A DNA stretch of 64,000 nt from an uncultured Chlamydiae bacterium (GTDB taxonomy: Bacteria; Chlamydiota; Chlamydiia; Chlamydiales; Parachlamydiaceae). Location: contig CAWHMU010000042.1 in assembly GCA_963830365.1 (NCBI GenBank), forward strand, positions 32,001-96,000, in the 5' to 3' direction. Positions 10,883 through 21,242 of this stretch are shown here, one piece after another. Under the pieces are notes generated by a model that saw nothing but the letters and a program-made list of their open reading frames with translations, ran no database searches and was not told the origin of the DNA. The position numbers and the translations under genes are program-made. Position 1 is the first letter of the stretch; each line of letters starts with the position of its first letter.

Positions 10883-11647
10883 ATGGCTTATACAGTGAAA
10901 GAGTTGGCAAAATTGTCAGGTGTCAGTGTGCGCACGCTGCATTATTACGATGAGGTTGGCCTTTTAAAACCGGCTTACCTCGGAGAAAGTGGATATAGAT
11001 ATTATGAAGAAGCAGAACTGCTGCTACTTCAGCAGATCCTTTTCCTTCGTGAGTTGGATTTCGAGTTAAAGCAAATACAGCAAATCTTGGGTCGCAGCGA
11101 TTATAATCAAATCGCGGCTTTGGGGGCGCATCGAAGTGTTTTAAAAAAACAGGGGGAGCGCATTCAGAGTTTAATACAAACCATCGACAAAACCATTGAC
11201 CATTTAAAAGGAGTCAAAAAGATGTCGAACCAGGAAATGTATCAAGGTTTCAGCCGCGAAAAGCAGGCTGAATATGAAAAGTACCTCATTGACCTGTGTG
11301 GTAACAAGGCGAAGGTATGTTTTGACGAATGCAGAGAAAACATTAAAGCCTGGAAGAAGGGGGACTATGAAAAATTAAAAAAGGATGGGGATGTACTGTG
11401 GAAGCAGCTTGCAGAAGCGATGAATGCAAGGCTTAAAGCCAATTCTCAGACAGTGCAGACATTGATTGCTAAGCACCATCAGTGGGTTAAGCGCGTGTAC
11501 CATCCGACTAAAGATGTGTATATCGGATTGGGTCAGCTTTACATCGAACATGCTGATTTTAGGAAATTCTTTGAGCCGTATCATCCTGGCCTGCCGGAAT
11601 TTTTGGCAGAAGCGATGAAAGTGTATGCCGAAAAGGGATTGTCATAA
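10883..11647 (+). CDS. MerR family regulator with TipAS-like C-terminal domain (Mta/TipA-like)
   Basis: YTVKELAKLSGVSVRTLHYYDEVGLLKP HTH; C-terminal YIGLGQLYIEHADFRKFF..PGLPEFL. Confidence 0.92.
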   Translation: MAYTVKELAKLSGVSVRTLHYYDEVGLLKPAYLGESGYRYYEEAELLLLQQILFLRELDFELKQIQQILGRSDYNQIAALGAHRSVLKKQGERIQSLIQTIDKTIDHLKGVKKMSNQEMYQGFSREKQAEYEKYLIDLCGNKAKVCFDECRENIKAWKKGDYEKLKKDGDVLWKQLAEAMNARLKANSQTVQTLIAKHHQWVKRVYHPTKDVYIGLGQLYIEHADFRKFFEPYHPGLPEFLAEAMKVYAEKGLS

Positions 11648-12311
11648 ATGATGCTCTATCGCTATGTGTTCTGGAGTCGTCCAGAGCACATATGCGATGA
11701 AGTTTTGTAAGGGAGGACAAAGAAATGTAACAGGATTTTAGGATGGCCAGGATAAAAAAATGCGGCAAACGTTATCGTCACCAGGTGGCGAGAAAGCTGG
11801 CGGAAATGACACCTATTCGGTCAAGAGAAGTGATTGATCACGACATACCGCTCTCTGTGATCATGCCGTAAAATTTAGCTCATCCTGACCATCATAATAA
11901 CCTATTATTTTTTTAAGCTGCCTATCAAATTTCTTTAATCAAAAGGCCCTGTTAAAGGAAAATGATCTGTCTAAATTAATTTTGTGAATGCCAACAATTG
12001 TACGTCCTCAAAAAAACTGCGGCGTGGGCTGGGCTTGGTGATCGTTGGCGGACTACTGGTTCCTCGCCAACGGCCACAGATTATTGTCGATGCCATCCGC
12101 GAAATCGCTGCCTCCTGCCTGAAGAATAAAGAGGAATAGGGCAGGATATAACTGGTTATTCCGGTTTTTTGCAGGACTTGTATAGAGAAAAGAGCTAGCA
12201 TAGCAACTGTTATTTTGCCTCCGGTATGTTACCGAAAAATTTACATTTCTACGCACCTTTTCTAGATGAGTCCTGCAAAGCTGATGAACCATATAACTCA
12301 GGGAGTTATAA

Positions 12312-13178
12312 ATGAAGAATTTCATGTGTGGCTTTGTTTTTGCTTTTATATATGTCTCGACAAATCTGCTTGGGAATGTCGTGCATGCTCCCAATCTGGA
12401 TGTGCTTGAAAAGCATATCCAGGAGCTGGATGAAAATGCCTTAGTGGTTTTTGATGTTGATTTTACGCTGATTGTACCTGATGATCGCATCCTGGCACCT
12501 TGCGGCGAGGCGCATTTGAAGAAATTCAGAAACAGGCATCGAGAGCTCGTGGAAGACTGGGAGGTGTTGGAGAGCAAGGTTTGTCTTAAAGCCCAAGTCT
12601 CGCTGATAGATAACAGAATTCTAAACCTGCTGGAGAGATTGAAGCAGAAAAAGATCAAGGTGATGGCGTTAACGGCCATGCCGACAGGTCGTCTTGGCCT
12701 TGTGCCCAATGCGGAAGCATGGCGAGTGCAACAGCTGGCGGCGCTCGGCATTCATTTTGGCTGGTCGTTTCCTGACATAGATTCCATGGCGCTGGAGGGG
12801 TTTGCAGGGAAGAAAACTAGGCCTGTTTTCAAACGCGGGATTTTGCTTTCGGCCAAATATCCCAAAGGCAAGGTGCTGTGTGCTTTTTTGAAAAAGGTAG
12901 GCTGGCAGCCATCCCAGGTATTCTTTATCGACGATAGAATGGAATATATCGATTCGGTGGAGTGTGAATTAGAGAAAGAGCATATCAAACACACCTCATT
13001 TCATTATACGGCTGCCACAGATGCGCCGTGTCAGCTCGATGAAAAGCTTGCCGACTTTCAACTGAATTATCTCTTGGAAAGAGGGGAGTGGCTGAGCGAA
13101 GAGGAAGCAAATAGGGTAGATGGCATCCAAAATGAGATCAAGGTGTTGATGGATCACGCTAGCCATCATAGCCGATAG
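12312..13178 (+). CDS. DUF2608 HAD-like protein with signal peptide
   Basis: LVVFDVDFTL, KGKVL, FFIDD motifs; N-terminal hydrophobic leader. Confidence 0.8.
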   Translation: MKNFMCGFVFAFIYVSTNLLGNVVHAPNLDVLEKHIQELDENALVVFDVDFTLIVPDDRILAPCGEAHLKKFRNRHRELVEDWEVLESKVCLKAQVSLIDNRILNLLERLKQKKIKVMALTAMPTGRLGLVPNAEAWRVQQLAALGIHFGWSFPDIDSMALEGFAGKKTRPVFKRGILLSAKYPKGKVLCAFLKKVGWQPSQVFFIDDRMEYIDSVECELEKEHIKHTSFHYTAATDAPCQLDEKLADFQLNYLLERGEWLSEEEANRVDGIQNEIKVLMDHASHHSR

Positions 13179-13732
13179 AAATCTTTTTCCATTTGGATGA
13201 CGCCAATGGTAACGCCATCAGGAAGGGTGGCCTGTTCTTTGGTCATAGGGCGCCATCCTTTTGATTTATAGAAGGCTACCCCGGACAGAGTGGCTCCCAG
13301 CATGCCGCGCTGGAAGCCGAAGGCCTGGGCAGCCCTTTCCGAATGGGCTAGAATTAAAGAGCCAATGCCTTTGCCGCTTTCCTGAGGGGCTGTAAACATC
13401 GCGCGAATTCTGGCAGGCTCGTGTTTGGGATCTAAGGTGGAATCCTCTTGAGGAGACCCCGCAGGTCCTGCATAAAGGGTTTTCCGGAAACTCCATCCTC
13501 CACAACCAACGAGAGCCTCGTCACCTGTCGTGACCACAAAGAATGTTTGATCTTTGATGAGTTGCCGTGGCGGAACACAGACATGGTGGCAGCAAGAACT
13601 TACCTGTGCTTCCGTGTAATGTCCTTGTCCCAGTAGCTGCATGGAATGCTTCATCAGGGCTTCAACGGCTTCCAAATCAGTTTCCTGCGCCAATCTAATT
13701 TTCATTCCCATCTCCCTTATGCTGTAAAACAT
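13166..13732 (-). CDS. GNAT N-acetyltransferase
   Basis: ARIRAMFTAP..GKGIGSLIL..ATLSGVAFYKSKGW. Confidence 0.88.
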   Translation of the reverse strand: MFYSIREMGMKIRLAQETDLEAVEALMKHSMQLLGQGHYTEAQVSSCCHHVCVPPRQLIKDQTFFVVTTGDEALVGCGGWSFRKTLYAGPAGSPQEDSTLDPKHEPARIRAMFTAPQESGKGIGSLILAHSERAAQAFGFQRGMLGATLSGVAFYKSKGWRPMTKEQATLPDGVTIGVIQMEKDFYRL

Positions 13733-13740
13733 CCTTTGAC

Positions 13741-16700
13741 CTAAAAATCATGGATGAAAAGAACCTCGACATTATCTTCTTCCAATTTCCTTATAGCTTC
13801 ACAAAGCTGATCAATATCCACTTCCAAAGCTGTGTAAGTGTATGCCAAGTCGGTAGGGACAGAAATTTCATAGATCTTCCGTATGCCATTACCAGTCTTA
13901 ACGGTTGGTTCAAGGCTCTTTACATCAACCTGGATTTTATCGTGTCCTTCGATGCTAATACATTTGATGCTCGACTGCCTTGCTATTTTCAGCATCACCT
14001 CGGTAAAGCGCATGTATCGGGGAATTTCAATGTGTTTTAGATCATATGCGGGATAGATTCCCAAGACCACGATGCTTGAATCTATCGATTCTATATGATT
14101 TTCATCATCTCGGATGAATAGGTGGGTGGTCTCACCTTCCTTCATCGTTTCCGATCCATAAAGATAGGACATGGGGGCTGAAAGCAGCCCTTTCAAAGTG
14201 TACTCAATGGTCATCCCGGTGCCGACAAACAGCCCTTTTAGACGGGATCCTAAAGTTTTGTTTTTTCCTAGATAGACGTTCCAATAGGATCCAATATCTT
14301 TGAAATAGGGGTATTTATAGAAAGGGGTGTTTTCGATGTAATTACCATACTCTTTCAAAGACCGTAGCCGCTCTTGATCGGCAGGTGTTTTCTCTAAAGA
14401 GCTTTTGTGCCTATTGAAAACCTTATCACATAGGGCAAATGGTGCCGCTATCAATCCCTTTGTACCATATTCCAGTGTCATGGTAGTACCCACAAAGAGA
14501 TTCATTAAATTGTATTCGGATAATGCCACGCCGCTAAAACCATTCCGCTTTTGGGCAGCCTGCCACGATTCCCCATAGACCCTCCAAAAGCCGCCGATCT
14601 CACTGAAATAGGGATAGCGATAGGCAGGTTCATTTTGAACAAACGCCGCATAGCGTTGGGCTGCCCTTACGTTCTGCCATTCGGGGGCTGTCAGGTAGGT
14701 TTGCATTTGGGGTCGATTATAATTGTTATCTAGCGTTAACGTTTCAACAATGGTTTCTGGAGTCGTTTCATTGGAGGGCTTGTCAAAACGAATAAGAGAA
14801 TTTAACGTTGAATCTCCCCTGCGGATCAAGGGGTCACAGTTATAATGCACCATACCATGCGCTTGCAAGCTATCTATCCAGTACTGCAGGGAATGAAAAT
14901 TCCTTATTTCTTGATTATTGATCTCGGGTTTTACGCCTGTAGCGACATTGAAAATGCTATGCACGACGTCTACCAAATTTTGCAATTCTTCAGTATTTGC
15001 GTCGTGATCCATCAAAATAAAGCTTCCACCAGGTCTGAGAATTCTTTTAATGGATGCAATGAACGGATTAAGTTTTCCCTCTGGCGCATGGTGTAAACCA
15101 ATATACATGCAAACAAGATCCACACTAGCTGATGGAATTGCACTCTCTGAAATCGGCGCATAATCGTTTAGCAAAACAAATTGATTGTACGGTCGTGGAA
15201 ACCCTGCTTCAATATGATCACTTAAGCTTTCTTTATCATTAATGACATAGAAAGGGCCTTTCATATCTAGGCGATTTTTCAAAGGGCGTATCATGCGTCC
15301 TGGATATCCAATCTCTACATATCCGTTAACTTTTCTTGGGCCGACTAACATTGCCGTTTGATCGCCAAGATCAGCTTTTATACATTTTAAAGATGTGATG
15401 GCTTGATGCAGGTTTGAAATGGCATTCGACTTTGCCTGTCCGATTTTGTGGTAAAGGATCCCATAAATCTGTTGGTCATTAAGACGAGGATTTTCGAGAA
15501 TTGAATCCATCAGGATAAAAAATTCGTCTTCAGATAGCTGCATGAAGATATTATTCAGAAAATCACGAATTCCATCACGTTGACCGTTCACGCGATTGAA
15601 AACCTTGCGAAACAAGGAGCCTTTGTCAGCATCGGCAGTCAAATAGTCTTTATAAAACCCATTGTCAAAAAGACCATCGGGATCGATAGCCAATTTATAT
15701 GAAATAATTGCTTCCCAATTGGGGTAGCAGGCCTTGAACTGTTCTAGCGTAGCAAAATGCTGATAGGGCAAATAATAGGAGCCTTCATGGGCAATTAAAT
15801 AATCGATGACTTCACGAACCCAGATTTTCGTCTTTTGGATTTCATTAGGGGATATTTTTTGATTAAAGAAAAGGACAACAGCAAAGCGTTCTCCATCTTG
15901 TGCATAGGACAGCTTTGTTGTAAGGTCGTTTTTTACAAAACGCACCGAGGCATTAAGTAAAGCGACATTGTTTTCCTGAAGAATATTTGCTAAGAAGCTT
16001 AGGAAGTTTGATAGGTCCTTACCTTTTACAAAGTACTCTTGCAGCCACTCGGCATCGATTTTCGAATTATTAAAGACAGGGTTGATCGGCGGACGCATCA
16101 CTTCATTACGGCATGAAATTTTTGCGAGCAGGGCATCATTCTTCTCTACTTTCCAGGCCAAATTGCGCAGCCAGGATAGTCGACGGATGGTATGCAGCTT
16201 AATACGATCGATACGATTGCCGCGTTCCGGCTCGTCGATCAAATCGGCAATGACGGGCTCATCGCTCAGCCTTTGATAATTAACGGCCACGCCTGATTGG
16301 AACAGATGTTTCGGTTCCAATGATAGGCGATATAGGTGCATATCGACATCTTGATTATTGCGGATATGCTGATTGAAATAGGCCAGGTAATTGCTTGGAG
16401 CCATTTCAACACCGGTTTCAACCATTTTGACATTATCGGTCAAAGAAATTGTCGCCTCAATGATGACGCCAAAGCCTCCGTAGCCTCCAACAACGAAATC
16501 AAAAAGTTCATCATCGGGAGTTACGACTAATACTTCACCTTGGGCATTGACAATCGTAAGTGCAAGAATGGTATTGCGCAAACAGCCTGTTTTATAGTCC
16601 CAGCCGTGACAGTTGGCTGAGATTGATCCGCCGATGCTGAAGATGTTGGAGGCCTGCATTACCCTGACAGCCAGTCCAAACTGATTAGCTTCTCGTTGAA

Positions 16701-17412
16701 GATCTGCCCAAGAAGCGCCAGATCCGACATAAGCGATTTTAAACTGAGGATCGATTATTATTTGATTTAGCTTGGCAGTATTAATGACGACATTCCAATC
16801 GTCATTAGAGATAGCTTGTTTACCTTGGCTCATGGACTTGCCGAGTGTAGAAACTGACTTGCCGTCAATTTTTGCTTTCTTAATAATAGCTTGCACATCC
16901 GATATTGATTCGGGATAAGCCATAAAGGCACGTGAACTGTAAAGTTGTCCATATGGTGTTACTTGGAAAGTTTGAATTTTTCCTGGGATGAAGTGGTGAG
17001 TGACTAGATCAGGGGATATCATACCCATCGGAGCTGTAAGCAAACCAAGCGAGTTTTTTTTAATCGCCTCTGTATTTTTCCTATACTGTGCCACATGGTA
17101 ATCACGCTGTAACGGATCTTTATTGAGGATGATCTGCGATGCTTGTTGAGCCTGTTTTGTAGCTAAAATGGCCAGATCAATGGCAGTGCAGACAGGGAAC
17201 AAGGTAACACTCATCACCCTGGAGGTGATCGATGTCAAAGGTTGGATTAAGGGAGTTTTTTGGCCTTTGTCGATAAGCCAATCATTACCAGATGCAACTT
17301 TTTCAGAGAAATAAACATCTTTAGCTATGTCTTGCGTGATATCCTCGACCGCATCAACAGAAGTAAAAAGAAAAGAAGAAAATAATATGATAGTTGAGAT
17401 GAGAAAATGCAT
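13741..17412 (-). CDS. FAD-binding oxidoreductase fused to a class I SAM methyltransferase and a duplicated C-terminal module
   Basis: SIGGSISANCHG and VGGYGGFGVI FAD_binding_4 motifs; YVEIGYPGR, YIGLHH, RILRPGGSFILMDHD methyltransferase motifs; signal-peptide-like N-terminus. Confidence 0.85.
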   Translation of the reverse strand: MHFLISTIILFSSFLFTSVDAVEDITQDIAKDVYFSEKVASGNDWLIDKGQKTPLIQPLTSITSRVMSVTLFPVCTAIDLAILATKQAQQASQIILNKDPLQRDYHVAQYRKNTEAIKKNSLGLLTAPMGMISPDLVTHHFIPGKIQTFQVTPYGQLYSSRAFMAYPESISDVQAIIKKAKIDGKSVSTLGKSMSQGKQAISNDDWNVVINTAKLNQIIIDPQFKIAYVGSGASWADLQREANQFGLAVRVMQASNIFSIGGSISANCHGWDYKTGCLRNTILALTIVNAQGEVLVVTPDDELFDFVVGGYGGFGVIIEATISLTDNVKMVETGVEMAPSNYLAYFNQHIRNNQDVDMHLYRLSLEPKHLFQSGVAVNYQRLSDEPVIADLIDEPERGNRIDRIKLHTIRRLSWLRNLAWKVEKNDALLAKISCRNEVMRPPINPVFNNSKIDAEWLQEYFVKGKDLSNFLSFLANILQENNVALLNASVRFVKNDLTTKLSYAQDGERFAVVLFFNQKISPNEIQKTKIWVREVIDYLIAHEGSYYLPYQHFATLEQFKACYPNWEAIISYKLAIDPDGLFDNGFYKDYLTADADKGSLFRKVFNRVNGQRDGIRDFLNNIFMQLSEDEFFILMDSILENPRLNDQQIYGILYHKIGQAKSNAISNLHQAITSLKCIKADLGDQTAMLVGPRKVNGYVEIGYPGRMIRPLKNRLDMKGPFYVINDKESLSDHIEAGFPRPYNQFVLLNDYAPISESAIPSASVDLVCMYIGLHHAPEGKLNPFIASIKRILRPGGSFILMDHDANTEELQNLVDVVHSIFNVATGVKPEINNQEIRNFHSLQYWIDSLQAHGMVHYNCDPLIRRGDSTLNSLIRFDKPSNETTPETIVETLTLDNNYNRPQMQTYLTAPEWQNVRAAQRYAAFVQNEPAYRYPYFSEIGGFWRVYGESWQAAQKRNGFSGVALSEYNLMNLFVGTTMTLEYGTKGLIAAPFALCDKVFNRHKSSLEKTPADQERLRSLKEYGNYIENTPFYKYPYFKDIGSYWNVYLGKNKTLGSRLKGLFVGTGMTIEYTLKGLLSAPMSYLYGSETMKEGETTHLFIRDDENHIESIDSSIVVLGIYPAYDLKHIEIPRYMRFTEVMLKIARQSSIKCISIEGHDKIQVDVKSLEPTVKTGNGIRKIYEISVPTDLAYTYTALEVDIDQLCEAIRKLEEDNVEVLFIHDF

Positions 17413-17660
17413 AGGTGTAACAATCTTTGTTAATTAAACTAATGTTTCAAAAATGATAGGTTAAAAGCAGTAAGATTTCAATTAGATTGTTTTTGCCAAC
17501 CAGGTACAGCAAGTAGATCATGGGATAGAGCAGGTTTTCAAAAACTCATAAAATAGGGCTCATCACACAAACGATTGGTTGTCAGAGATGACTTCTCAAA
17601 AACTGGCTATGATCACTAATCGATCAAGAAATTTGATTGATCTCTGCATACCCTTCCCGG

Positions 17661-18212
17661 CTTGTCGTTACCCACAACTATCAAATAAACACTTCAGTCA
17701 TTCTTCCAATAATTTCGTCGACAATTCCCCATCAATAAGGGTCTTGTAATATAGAGGAGACATGGAATGACAACAATTATTTTATGTCTTGATAAAAGCG
17801 GAAGCTTGTTGTCATGGGTTTCAACCTATGGAATGTGAATGTAGAATAAAAAGAGCCGCGAATATGGCGATAGCACCGGAAGAAGCTGAATTAGGCGTAC
17901 ATGTTTTTAGAAAAAATCATGAGTCGTCGCTGTCGCCGTATTCACGGCTTTATTTCCAAACTATTGATCACCACACGCTTACGCATGTGGCTACATGCTG
18001 CCGCCGCTATTCACGGCTGGACTAGACTTTCAAAAGAGTTTTGGAGGAGAGTCTCTTATGTTAGGAGGGTTTCTAGCGCGAAAATCGGACGGAAAACCGG
18101 GATGGCAAAAAATCTGGAAAGGCTGGATTAGACTGCAAGATATGCGCGATGGAATGGAAAGGGCTCTGCAAAAAATGACTTAAAGTATTTGATAGATGTG
18201 GGTAACGACAAG
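17661..18212 (+). mobile_element. Internally deleted IS4-family (IS50/Tn5-like) element carrying a family B palindrome
   Basis: TIRs CTTGTCGTTACCCACAACT / AGATGTGGGTAACGACAAG; 9-bp TSD CCTTCCCGG (17652-17660, 18213-18221); residual transposase C-terminus LGGFLARKSDGKPGWQKIWKGW. Confidence 0.9.
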
Positions 18213-18442
18213 CCTTCCCGGTCCAATGCACCAACATAGAGCTCACAGAGCTCACAGAAGGAATTCATTGTAGCTGGATTTTTTTACCACAAAGGTGATC
18301 AAAGTCCAAACATCATGCCGTGATCCGGCTCTTAGTATACCAAGCCGAGCAAGGTCGTGTGGCATAGCACAAACGCTTCACTAAACTATCGCTAGGGAAA
18401 AGTTTCCGGTGAGAACCGCTGACTGAAAGCTATACTTTTTCT

Positions 18443-18585
18443 GGCGTTGTTCACCTAACCGGTCAATTTCTTGCTCCGTGCTCTCTGTGCCTCTGTGTTT
18501 GATTTTTTGAAACACAGAGGCACAGAGAACACGGAGAGAATAGGATCACATGACCGAAAGTTTTCCTGTGAAGGTGAACATAGCC
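18443..18585. mobile_element. MITE family F (GGC..TGTTCACC ends)
   Basis: TIRs GGCGTTGTTCACC / GGTGAACATAGCC; perfect 8-bp TSD CTTTTTCT; internal CACAGAG hairpin; inverted copy at 43311-43455. Confidence 0.88.
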
Positions 18586-18592
18586 CTTTTTC

Positions 18593-19996
18593 TCAAACGT
18601 GGGATTGTTTCCGTTTTCCCTCGTGATCCCATAAAGGACGAATCTGATGTTTGTCTGCTAGCCGTCCGAGATGCTTAATGCCCGCATACCAGGTGTAAGC
18701 GGTGGCAAGTAGATGGAAGACCAATAAGGTTACGATCAGGCGCAGGACGTTTAACCCCCTGCGCCGCCAGCGTTGGGCCATCTGGGAAGGCTGCAATTTG
18801 ATGACGACAGAATCTTTATGGGTGGAGAACATGTCCGCGTGGGCCATAACGCCTTTGCGGGATTTGCGTCCTAGAATTTCGTAGTATTTGACGCCGGCAG
18901 GGGCCTCCTTACCAAAAAAAGGCACGGGGTCATTTTTCTGGCAAAAGAAGTTGAATGCCGGTTTGTATTCTTCGGGCAATTTATCCAGCTGTTTGAGCTT
19001 GGCCAAGGCCTTTTCTGAGAAACCGGGTGAGCCGTAAGCCATCACCTTTGACACATGATAGGAAAAATCGAGCGCCGTTTTCCAGGCCAGGGCTCCGCCC
19101 AGGCTTTTTCCATAAATGATACTTTTTTGGCCTGTTTTTTCAACTTGAGCATCCAGGAAGGCCTTTATTTTGTTTTTTCCGATTTTAAAGGCATAGGAGC
19201 CTACCGAAGCAAAGGGGTTAAGATCAGTGAGCAGGCTGAGGCCGAAGCCTTCATCGCTGGGGTAGGTGGTGCCTTTGAAGAGCAGCAGGGGAGGAGCCTT
19301 CTTATCGTTAATTTGCGGTTTTAAACCATAGGCGACAAGCGGGGATCCGAACGCTTTGGGCGTCAATTCGATGCGTTCGACTTCGTAGTTGATAAGTTGC
19401 CACTTGCCGTCAATTTGCATGGGAACTTGCAAAGCATCGCCATCTATTGGTCTTAGGAAGGGGACGAGGGCCAGCAGTTCGCCAACTACAATTTCCATGT
19501 GAAAGGATTCTTCTGAGCTGAGGGTCTTGCTATTGATTTCCGTGAACATTTCAGAAAAAACTTGCCTGATGAGCTGCTTTGCTTGATCTAAAATTGCTTC
19601 ATCCTTTTTCCAAACCACGGCTTTGAAGAGTGCTTTCTTATTTTTAATTTCTTGCATATTGAGAGATTCGCCACGCAATAATCCGAGGACGAGTTTTTGC
19701 GTGGCTGTCGCTGTTTCTTCGATACTTTTGGTTTGTCTCCAAGGGGAATGGCTATGCAGGATCTTAGGGAGGATGGCTTCGAGTGTATTTGCGAGTTCTT
19801 CTTTAGTGAGTTTTTTCGTCTTCCAGGCCGATAGTATGGTTGGATGATCTTTTGTGGTGGTGTGTTTGAGGTGGTTGATGACGGATTTAGCAATATCCTT
19901 GACTTGGGAATCGCGTTCATTAGAGGTCGGTGCTTCTTTAATGTATTCCTTTACAAGCGTTTGTAATAATAGCAGGTTGGTGTCTTCTATTTTCAT
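18593..19996 (-). CDS. Lipase-like alpha/beta hydrolase with C-terminal membrane anchor (possible effector)
   Basis: LLFKGT, YGKSLGG nucleophile elbow, NDPVP; hydrophobic C-terminal helix. Confidence 0.7.
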   Translation of the reverse strand: MKIEDTNLLLLQTLVKEYIKEAPTSNERDSQVKDIAKSVINHLKHTTTKDHPTILSAWKTKKLTKEELANTLEAILPKILHSHSPWRQTKSIEETATATQKLVLGLLRGESLNMQEIKNKKALFKAVVWKKDEAILDQAKQLIRQVFSEMFTEINSKTLSSEESFHMEIVVGELLALVPFLRPIDGDALQVPMQIDGKWQLINYEVERIELTPKAFGSPLVAYGLKPQINDKKAPPLLLFKGTTYPSDEGFGLSLLTDLNPFASVGSYAFKIGKNKIKAFLDAQVEKTGQKSIIYGKSLGGALAWKTALDFSYHVSKVMAYGSPGFSEKALAKLKQLDKLPEEYKPAFNFFCQKNDPVPFFGKEAPAGVKYYEILGRKSRKGVMAHADMFSTHKDSVVIKLQPSQMAQRWRRRGLNVLRLIVTLLVFHLLATAYTWYAGIKHLGRLADKHQIRPLWDHEGKRKQSHV

Positions 19997-20031
19997 AAAA
20001 AACCATTGGTTTTTGGTTTGCTTTGTTGTTA

Positions 20032-20061
20032 ATTATATGTTTGATTTTATTGTCGTGTCAA
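20032..20061 (-). promoter_or_regulatory. Consensus sigma70/sigma66 promoter for 18593-19996
   Basis: Minus strand TTGACA-18 bp-TATAAT about 35 bp upstream of the ATG. Confidence 0.7.
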
Positions 20062-20129
20062 TAAATGTTTGTTTTTTTTAGTTTATTTAGTTTATTTCGT
20101 TTATTTAGTCGAATAAGTAGCATACATAA

Positions 20130-20364
20130 GGCTCATCATACAAATGAGTAGTTGACAGAGGTGAAAACCCAAAAACCCTAAATGTAGACTTTGGTTGAAC
20201 GGATTGGGGTCAGGCTTGCGATTTGCGATTTGAAAGGAGTCGGGCTCTCTAATGCATTTAGGACTTTCAAATCACAAATCACAAGACCCCAATCCTCAAA
20301 GGCCTGTCACGCTATGAGTTTTTGAGAAGTTATCTCTGCCAAACCCTCATTTGTGTGATGAACC
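20130..20364. mobile_element. MITE family A
   Basis: GGCTCATCATACAAATGAG...CTCATTTGTGTGATGAACC; TSD ATACATAA/ATGCATAA (7/8). Confidence 0.88.
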
Positions 20365-20514
20365 ATGCATAATTCCAGGTGTTAACTGAGTAGGTTGCAG
20401 TTTATACCATGCCGTGAGCAAATGACAAAATCGATACAGAAATTTGGAAAAATATCTAGAAATTGTGTAGGGTGGAGTTACGACGCTTTTGACACTTTAT
20501 TTTAGGATTTCAAA

Positions 20515-21183
20515 ATGGTTGATATAATCTTTGCCATTAGCGAAGTGATCTTTGTGGTATCATATCTTTGCCGCAGTATGTTGCTGCTGCGCCTCATCAC
20601 CATGCTGGGAAGTACGGGGTATATCACAGGGTCTATTTTGGCGGGTTATGATGCGCCCGGGATGGGAGTGTTGATTGTTTTCAATATAGTGATCATTCTC
20701 GTCAACTTAGTGCAAGCGTATTTTATTATAATTGAAAGATTGCCGGGCATGGTGCCGGAGAATCTTAAGGAGATTTATAAAAAATGCTTCCAATCCCTCA
20801 CGGTTAATGAATTTTTAAAACTGATGAAATTGTCCAAAATAATTAAATCAAAGGCCGGGCGATTCTTAACGACTGCCGGGCAACCGGTACCGGAAATCAT
20901 TCTCATAAAAACCGGTTCGGTAAAGATTTTTAAAAATAATATTTGTGTGACTGAGCTCCCGGAAGGGTTTTTTATTGGCGAAATGAGTTTCTTAACCGGC
21001 GAGCCGGCCAATGCCACCGTCGAAGTCGCCATCGATAACACCGAAAGCGTTCATTGGTATAAAGAGAAATTAAAGAAATTAGCGGATAAAGAGCCTGTTT
21101 TATATGCTAAATTTAAAGATGTTTTGGCCATCAATTTGATCCGCAAAATAGATAAAAAAGTACAGAGTGAATCTGTACCATAG
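20515..21183 (+). CDS. Membrane protein with cyclic-nucleotide-binding (Popeye-like) domain
   Basis: Three N-terminal TM segments (SYLCRSMLLLR..INLVQ) followed by FIGEMSFLTGEPANATV. Confidence 0.8.
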   Translation: MVDIIFAISEVIFVVSYLCRSMLLLRLITMLGSTGYITGSILAGYDAPGMGVLIVFNIVIILVNLVQAYFIIIERLPGMVPENLKEIYKKCFQSLTVNEFLKLMKLSKIIKSKAGRFLTTAGQPVPEIILIKTGSVKIFKNNICVTELPEGFFIGEMSFLTGEPANATVEVAIDNTESVHWYKEKLKKLADKEPVLYAKFKDVLAINLIRKIDKKVQSESVP

Positions 21184-21242
21184 AATTCAATAGCGCTTTA
21201 TGCTATCTTAACATCCCTTTGTTATAATTATGACGAATTTTT

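Noticed and set aside
12000..12140. Peptide fragments resembling an RND C-terminus (GLVIVGGLLV) and a hydrolase C-terminus (RPQIIVDAIRE)
   Set aside because: Too short to call; at most a decayed remnant
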